Positions 59,891-64,000 of a stretch of DNA of 64,000 nucleotides are shown one piece after another. Position 1 is the stretch's first letter, and the number at the start of each line of letters is the position of its first letter. A program made the position numbers and the translations under genes. The stretch comes from an uncultured Solirubrobacterales bacterium (lineage in GTDB: Bacteria > Actinomycetota > Thermoleophilia > Solirubrobacterales > 70-9): NCBI GenBank assembly GCA_963796815.1, contig CAWCNF010000006.1:60593-124592 (forward strand), given 5' to 3'. Under the pieces are notes generated by a model, which saw only the letters and a program-made list of their open reading frames with translations, had not been told where the DNA came from and searched no databases.

Positions 59891-60325
59891 GCCCACAGGC
59901 GAGTATGCGATTTGCGTCGCGACCTTCTACGAGGATCTCGCGCAGACGCTCGCCAACTCGGCGACCGAGGCGTTCGTGGAGAACGGCGTCAGCCCGACCT
60001 CGATCCACACCTTCGAGGTCCCGGGCGCGTTCGAGCTGCCCTACGCGGCAAAGCTCTGCGCGGAGTCCGGGCGCTTCGACGGCGTCGCCTGCCTCGGCGT
60101 CGTCATTCGCGGCGAGACCGAGCACTTCGACTTCGTCTGCGGCGAATGCGGCGCGCGGGATACCAGGACGTGCAGCTTGCGACAGGCGTGCCATGCGCGT
60201 TCGGCGTGATCACCTGTGACAACCGCGAGCAGGCGCTCGCGCGGGCGGGTGGCGACAAGCGCGACCAGGGCCGCAACGCGGCGCTCGCGGTCCTGCGCTC
60301 GGCCGAGCTGCGTTCGACGATTTAG
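59883..60325 (+). CDS. ribH: 6,7-dimethyl-8-ribityllumazine synthase. One frame change near 60155.
   Basis: A GTG overlaps the ribBA stop. It reads [38 protein letters not shown], (shift) [22 protein letters not shown] and [13 protein letters not shown]. Confidence 0.85.
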
Positions 60326-60345
60326 CCGCTACTCTTCTCGGCCTC

Positions 60346-60537
60346 ATGGCCAAGGTCTGCTTCAGCTGTGGCAAGAAGCCCGCGTTCGGGAACTCGCGCA
60401 GCCACTCGATGGTCGCCACCCGGCGGCGCTTCAACCCGAACCTCCAGAAGGTCCGGATTGACGATTCTGGCCGGCCCCGGCGCGTGTACGTATGCACGCG
60501 TTGCCTGAAGAGCAACAAGATCACCAAGCACGCCTGA
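60346..60537 (+). CDS. rpmB: 50S ribosomal protein L28 (Cys-containing, zinc-binding type).
   Basis: An intact 63-aa ORF: MAKVCFSCGKKPAFGNSRSHSMVATRRRFNPNLQKVRI..YVCTRCLKSNKI. Confidence 0.95.
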   Translation: MAKVCFSCGKKPAFGNSRSHSMVATRRRFNPNLQKVRIDDSGRPRRVYVCTRCLKSNKITKHA

Positions 60538-60585
60538 GACGGGGGCATCGTCCCTGATCCGGCGGCCTGAGTAGGCTCTCCGGCC

Positions 60586-62223
60586 GTGCCGGACTCCTCA
60601 ATAGTCCGATTTCGCCGCGTGGTGGGCGTCGCTCTCTCGCATCTCGAGGAGCGAAGGGAAGAGATCAACGATCTGAACGTCTTCCCGGTGGCCGACGGCG
60701 ATACGGGCGACAACATGGCGCTGACGATGCGTCACGTACTCGATCAGCTCGACACGCTCGAGCAGCGCTCGAACGGTGATCCGCGCAGGCCCGAGATCGT
60801 TCGCGAGGTTGCCCGCGCCGCGCTGATGGGCGCCCGCGGGAACTCCGGGGTGATCCTCAGCCAGATCGTGCGCGGTGCGGCCGAGAAGGTCGCGACCCCG
60901 CCGGGCCGGCTGATCGACCCAGAGCTGATCGAGGCGGCCCTCACCAATGCCGCCGACCGCGCCTATCTCTCGGTCCGCGAGCCGGCGGAGGGAACGATGC
61001 TCACGGTGATCCGCTCGATGGCCGACGCCGTCGCCGAGCGTCGCGCGCAGTGGCAGCGCGAGCGCCTCGACCCGGAGGCCACCGCCGAGGAGCAGAACGC
61101 GCTGCTCGCCGAGATGCTGGCGACGGCCCTGTTTGCGGGCGAGGAGGCGGTGCGCCGGACCACCGATCAGCTCAAGGTCCTCGCCGACGCGGGCGTCGTT
61201 GACGCCGGCGCCCTCGGCCTCGTCGTGATCATCCGCGGGATGGTCGCGGGCCTGGCCGGTGAGCAGGCGCAGCTGCCGGAGATACCGCACTACGCCGCCG
61301 CCCGGCTCGACCAGGTTCACCACGTGGACTCGCCCTACCGCTTCTGCACGAACTTCATCGTCACGGGCGACGGCCTCGAGGGCGACTCCTACGTCGGCGT
61401 GCTCGAGGAGATCGGCGACTCCGTGCTGGTCGTCGGCGACGCCGCGACGCTCAAGATCCACGTCCACACCGACGACCCCGAGGCGGCGAAGGCGCTGTTT
61501 AACGGCGCGGGTGAGGTCACGCACGAGGACATCGCCGACATGCACGAGCAGGTGGCCGGGCAGCGCGCGAGGCTCGGCGGCGTCACCGGTGTCGTCGCGG
61601 TCGCGGGCGGCGACGGGATGAAGAGCATGTTCAAGGGACTCGGCGCGATCATCGTCGACGGCGGGCCGACGCTCAACCCCTCCACCCAGGACCTGCTCGC
61701 GGCGATCGAGAGCTGCCCGGCCGAACAGGTGCTGGTCCTGCCCAACTCGCGCAACGTGATCATGGCCGCCGAGGAGGCCGCCAGGTTGGCGGCGAAGGAC
61801 GGGCGGACGGTGGTCGTCGTGCCATCGACCGCGCAGCAGGCCGCGCTCGCGGCACTGGTCGAGCTCGACCTCGCCGACGATGCCGCCGCCAACGCCGAGC
61901 GGCTCGGCTCCGGTCTCGCCGAGATTCGCACCGGAGCGGTCGCCCCGGCCGCTCGCGACGACGGCGACGGGCGCTTCATGCGCGGGGACGCGGTCGGCTT
62001 TGCCGGCGACGAGATCGTCGCGTGGGGCGGGCTCGGCTCGACCCTGGTCGAGACCGTCCGGGTGCTCACCGAGGGCGCCGAGATCGTCACCGTGATCGAC
62101 GGCGCCGAGGCGCCCATCGGGGTCGACCTCGAGGCGCTGCTGCTGCCGCTGCCGGATGGCGTCGAGCTCGAGCACCAGGTCGGCGGCACCGCCAGCTACG
62201 CCTGGCTCATCGCCGTGCAGTAG
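60586..62223 (+). CDS. yloV: DAK2-domain fusion protein YloV (DhaL-like N-terminal domain + DegV-like C-terminal domain).
   Basis: An intact 545-aa ORF. It reads INDLNVFPVADGDTGDNMALTM, MGARGNSGVILSQI, EGTMLTV and VVDAGALG. It occupies the conserved position between rpmB and recG. Confidence 0.9.
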   Translation: MPDSSIVRFRRVVGVALSHLEERREEINDLNVFPVADGDTGDNMALTMRHVLDQLDTLEQRSNGDPRRPEIVREVARAALMGARGNSGVILSQIVRGAAEKVATPPGRLIDPELIEAALTNAADRAYLSVREPAEGTMLTVIRSMADAVAERRAQWQRERLDPEATAEEQNALLAEMLATALFAGEEAVRRTTDQLKVLADAGVVDAGALGLVVIIRGMVAGLAGEQAQLPEIPHYAAARLDQVHHVDSPYRFCTNFIVTGDGLEGDSYVGVLEEIGDSVLVVGDAATLKIHVHTDDPEAAKALFNGAGEVTHEDIADMHEQVAGQRARLGGVTGVVAVAGGDGMKSMFKGLGAIIVDGGPTLNPSTQDLLAAIESCPAEQVLVLPNSRNVIMAAEEAARLAAKDGRTVVVVPSTAQQAALAALVELDLADDAAANAERLGSGLAEIRTGAVAPAARDDGDGRFMRGDAVGFAGDEIVAWGGLGSTLVETVRVLTEGAEIVTVIDGAEAPIGVDLEALLLPLPDGVELEHQVGGTASYAWLIAVQ

Positions 62224-62700
62224 CTAACGCAGCGCGACTATCGCCTCGACCTCAACGGGGACGTTGAACGGCAACGTCTCCACGCCGATGGCCGAGCGCG
62301 CGTGGCGGCCCGCGTCCGGTCCCCAGACCTCGAGGATGAGGTCGGTGAAGCCATTGATGACCGCGGGCGGCTTGTCGAAGCCGGGTGCGCACTGGACCAG
62401 GCCGAGCGCCTTGACCCACGACTCGACGCGGTCGAGATCGCCGAGCTCCTGCTCGAGCGAGGCGAAGATCGAGAGCCCGGTCAGCCGCGCGGCGTCGTAG
62501 CCGGCTTCGACGTCGAGCTCCCCGCCGACGCGGCCGGTCACCAGCACCTCGGCGCCGTCGACGGGCAGGTGGCCGGAGACATAGGCGAGGTCACCCTGCA
62601 CATGAACGAGGTCGAATGGGAATTCGACCCCGGGCGGCGGCGCGAACGGTTGCGGGAGTTCGAGGCCGAGCGCCTTGAGCCTGTCGGCGATCGTTGCCAT
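62224..62700 (-). CDS. RidA/YjgF/YER057c-family (Rid) protein.
   Basis: An intact 158-aa ORF reading LAYVSGHLPVDG..VTGRVG, then LDRVESWVKALGLV and ARSAIGVETLPFNVPVEVEAIVAL. The C-terminal motif is typical of Rid proteins. Confidence 0.8.
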   Translation of the reverse strand: MATIADRLKALGLELPQPFAPPPGVEFPFDLVHVQGDLAYVSGHLPVDGAEVLVTGRVGGELDVEAGYDAARLTGLSIFASLEQELGDLDRVESWVKALGLVQCAPGFDKPPAVINGFTDLILEVWGPDAGRHARSAIGVETLPFNVPVEVEAIVALR

Positions 62701-62761
62701 CCCAACCGCAGCCTAGAGCAGCGCCCGGGAACCACCGGACGCCGCTCTAGCCTTTGACACC

Positions 62762-64000
62762 GTGGACATCCCCCGCGCGATCGGTAGCGGCTCCGACCAG
62801 GATCGCGCGACGCTGCTCGAGGTTCCGCGGCGGGGGGCGCCGCACCCAGGTCGCCTCGCGGCGCCGATCACGACGCTGCGAGGAGCCGGTCCCAAGCTGG
62901 CGGAGGCCGCCGCCGCGATGGGCATCGAGACGATCGGCGACCTGCTCTGGCATGTGCCGCACGGCCACCGCGATCACGGCGACGTCACCCCGGTCGCCGA
63001 GCTGCCGTTCGGCGAGGACGCGACGATCCGGGTCCAGGTCCGCAGCGCGCGCCTGCGCCACACCAACCGGCGCAACCTGAAGATCGTCGAGGCGAACGTC
63101 GCCGACGACAGCGGGGCGGTGCAGGCGGTGTGGTTTAACCAGGCCTACCTGGCCGAGCGCCTACAGCCGGGGACCCGGCTCGTGCTGAACGGGCGGCTCG
63201 GCCGTAAGAACTTCGTGGTCAAGACCCATGAGATCGTCGCCGGGGGCAACGGTGCGCGGCCGACGGGGATCCACACGACCGGCGTCGTCCCGGTTCACAA
63301 CGCAACCCGTGAGCTGTCGGCCACGCGCCTGCGCGAGTGGGCGTGGCAGGCCGTCGACCTGGCCGCCGATGCGGTCGAGCCACTGCCGGCCGAGCTGCGC
63401 GCGCGGCGCGGCCTGCCGGGCGAGGCCGACGCGCTGCGGGCCGCGCACTTCCCCGAGACCCAGGAGGAGGCGCTTGCGGCGCGTGACCGGCTCGCCTTCG
63501 AGGAGCTCTGCCTGCACCAGGCGGCGCTCGCGGTGCGTCGTGGCACCCGGCGCGAGTCGCGGCCCGGGATCGCGATCGGCCCGCCGGGTGAGTTGGTCGA
63601 GCGCTGGCTCGCGTCCCTTCCCTTCGAGCTGACGGGCGATCAGCGAGCCGCCTGCGAGCGGATCGACGCCGACCTCGCCTCGGGCAAGCCGATGCAGCGG
63701 CTCCTGATGGGCGAGGTGGGCTCCGGCAAGACCGCGGTGGCCGTCTACGCGATGCTGCGCGCGGTCGAGGCGGGCCACCAGGCGGCGCTGATGGCACCGA
63801 CCGAGACGCTCGCCGAGCAGCACGCGGCGACTCTCGACGGCCTGCTGGCCGCGGATCAATTTGGCGCGATTCCGTTCGCGCTGCTGACCGGCGCCACCTC
63901 CGCCGCGCGCCGTCGGGAGACGCTTGCCCGCCTGGCGAGCGGCGAGCTCGGCCTGATCGTCGGCACGCACGCCCTGATCGAGCCCGATGTCGAGTTCGCG
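62762..64000 (+). CDS. recG: ATP-dependent DNA helicase RecG, N-terminal about 410 aa. The 3' end is cut by the window edge.
   Basis: The frame is open from GTG 62762 to the window end. It is absent from the track because it has no stop codon in the window. The wedge/OB domain reads LRGAGPKLAEAAAAMGIETIGDLLWHVP..VQAVWFNQAYLAERLQPGTRLVLNGR. It is followed by LPFELTGDQRAACERI, the Walker A motif in MQRLLMGEVGSGKTAVA, and ALMAPTETLAEQH. Confidence 0.9.
   Translation, partial: MDIPRAIGSGSDQDRATLLEVPRRGAPHPGRLAAPITTLRGAGPKLAEAAAAMGIETIGDLLWHVPHGHRDHGDVTPVAELPFGEDATIRVQVRSARLRHTNRRNLKIVEANVADDSGAVQAVWFNQAYLAERLQPGTRLVLNGRLGRKNFVVKTHEIVAGGNGARPTGIHTTGVVPVHNATRELSATRLREWAWQAVDLAADAVEPLPAELRARRGLPGEADALRAAHFPETQEEALAARDRLAFEELCLHQAALAVRRGTRRESRPGIAIGPPGELVERWLASLPFELTGDQRAACERIDADLASGKPMQRLLMGEVGSGKTAVAVYAMLRAVEAGHQAALMAPTETLAEQHAATLDGLLAADQFGAIPFALLTGATSAARRRETLARLASGELGLIVGTHALIEPDVEFA

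Noticed and set aside
60598-62175. Very long antisense or alternative-frame ORFs. Examples are 60598..62175(-) at 525 aa, 44860..46263(-) at 467 aa, 34536..36716(+) at 726 aa, 14623..15750(-) at 375 aa, 10092..11054(-) and 3079..5079(+) at 666 aa.
   Set aside because: Each lies opposite to, or out of frame with, a gene that has unmistakable conserved motifs (yloV, metK, GGDEF-EAL, ftsZ, murG, murE/murF). Their translations are Arg/Ala/Gly/Pro-rich low-complexity sequence, as expected from stop-codon depletion in DNA of about 70% GC. They are shadow ORFs, not genes.
63161-63970. Minus-strand ORFs 63161..63970 and 63219..63797 at the right edge.
   Set aside because: They are antisense to an uninterrupted recG reading frame with Walker A and wedge-domain motifs. 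The track omits recG only because it has no stop codon inside the window. Their translations are Arg/Pro/Ala-rich low-complexity sequence.

Overview
This is a roughly 70% GC, actinobacterial-type chromosomal core segment with no rRNA, tRNA, CRISPR array or IS element that I could recognise. Gene order, left to right: (1) a dcw cell-wall/division cluster, rsmH-ftsL-ftsI-murE-murF-mraY-[two reverse-strand genes]-murD-ftsW-murG-murC-murB-ftsQ-ftsZ, joined directly to the glycine-cleavage genes gcvT-gcvH-gcvPA-gcvPB. (2) A reverse-strand block holding a SAM methyltransferase, a split-LigD/Ku NHEJ operon, a DUF222-HNH endonuclease, and a four-gene operon of ECF sigma, putative anti-sigma, M14 peptidase and a secreted beta-propeller protein. 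(3) trpS, then scpA-scpB-rluB. An aromatic amino-acid block (aroH-hisC, then aroG-tyrA-aroA) and three unrelated genes (small secreted protein, M15 peptidase, GGDEF-EAL) sit between rluB and cmk-der. (4) A membrane-anchored hypothetical gene, metK, a PH-domain protein gene, and priA-def-fmt-rsmB-(zinc-ribbon ORF)-rpe. (5) Reverse-strand NhaP2-type antiporter and MOP-type flippase genes. (6) ribD-ribE-ribBA-ribH, rpmB, yloV, a reverse-strand RidA gene and the 5' part of recG. Main caveat: about half of the conserved genes can only be reconstructed by hopping between reading frames, on the order of 100 one-nucleotide indels by my manual tally, while other multi-kb blocks are clean. I read this as patchy assembly or polishing error rather than gene decay, and I call those genes CDS 'frameshifted as sequenced'. 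Their boundaries are approximate. Most interesting observations: a candidate ribosome-mediated attenuator upstream of aroG-tyrA-aroA, with a leader peptide ending WFTYYWRFS followed by a terminator-like fold and a U7 tract; a 12-bp hairpin lying exactly between a strong Shine-Dalgarno sequence and the ku start codon; two short near-identical repeat families; in-frame stop codons in the ECF sigma gene and in fmt; an apparent in-frame rluB-aroH fusion; and ftsZ abutting gcvT with no canonical start codon. I did not find a convincing new multi-gene system such as a defence island.
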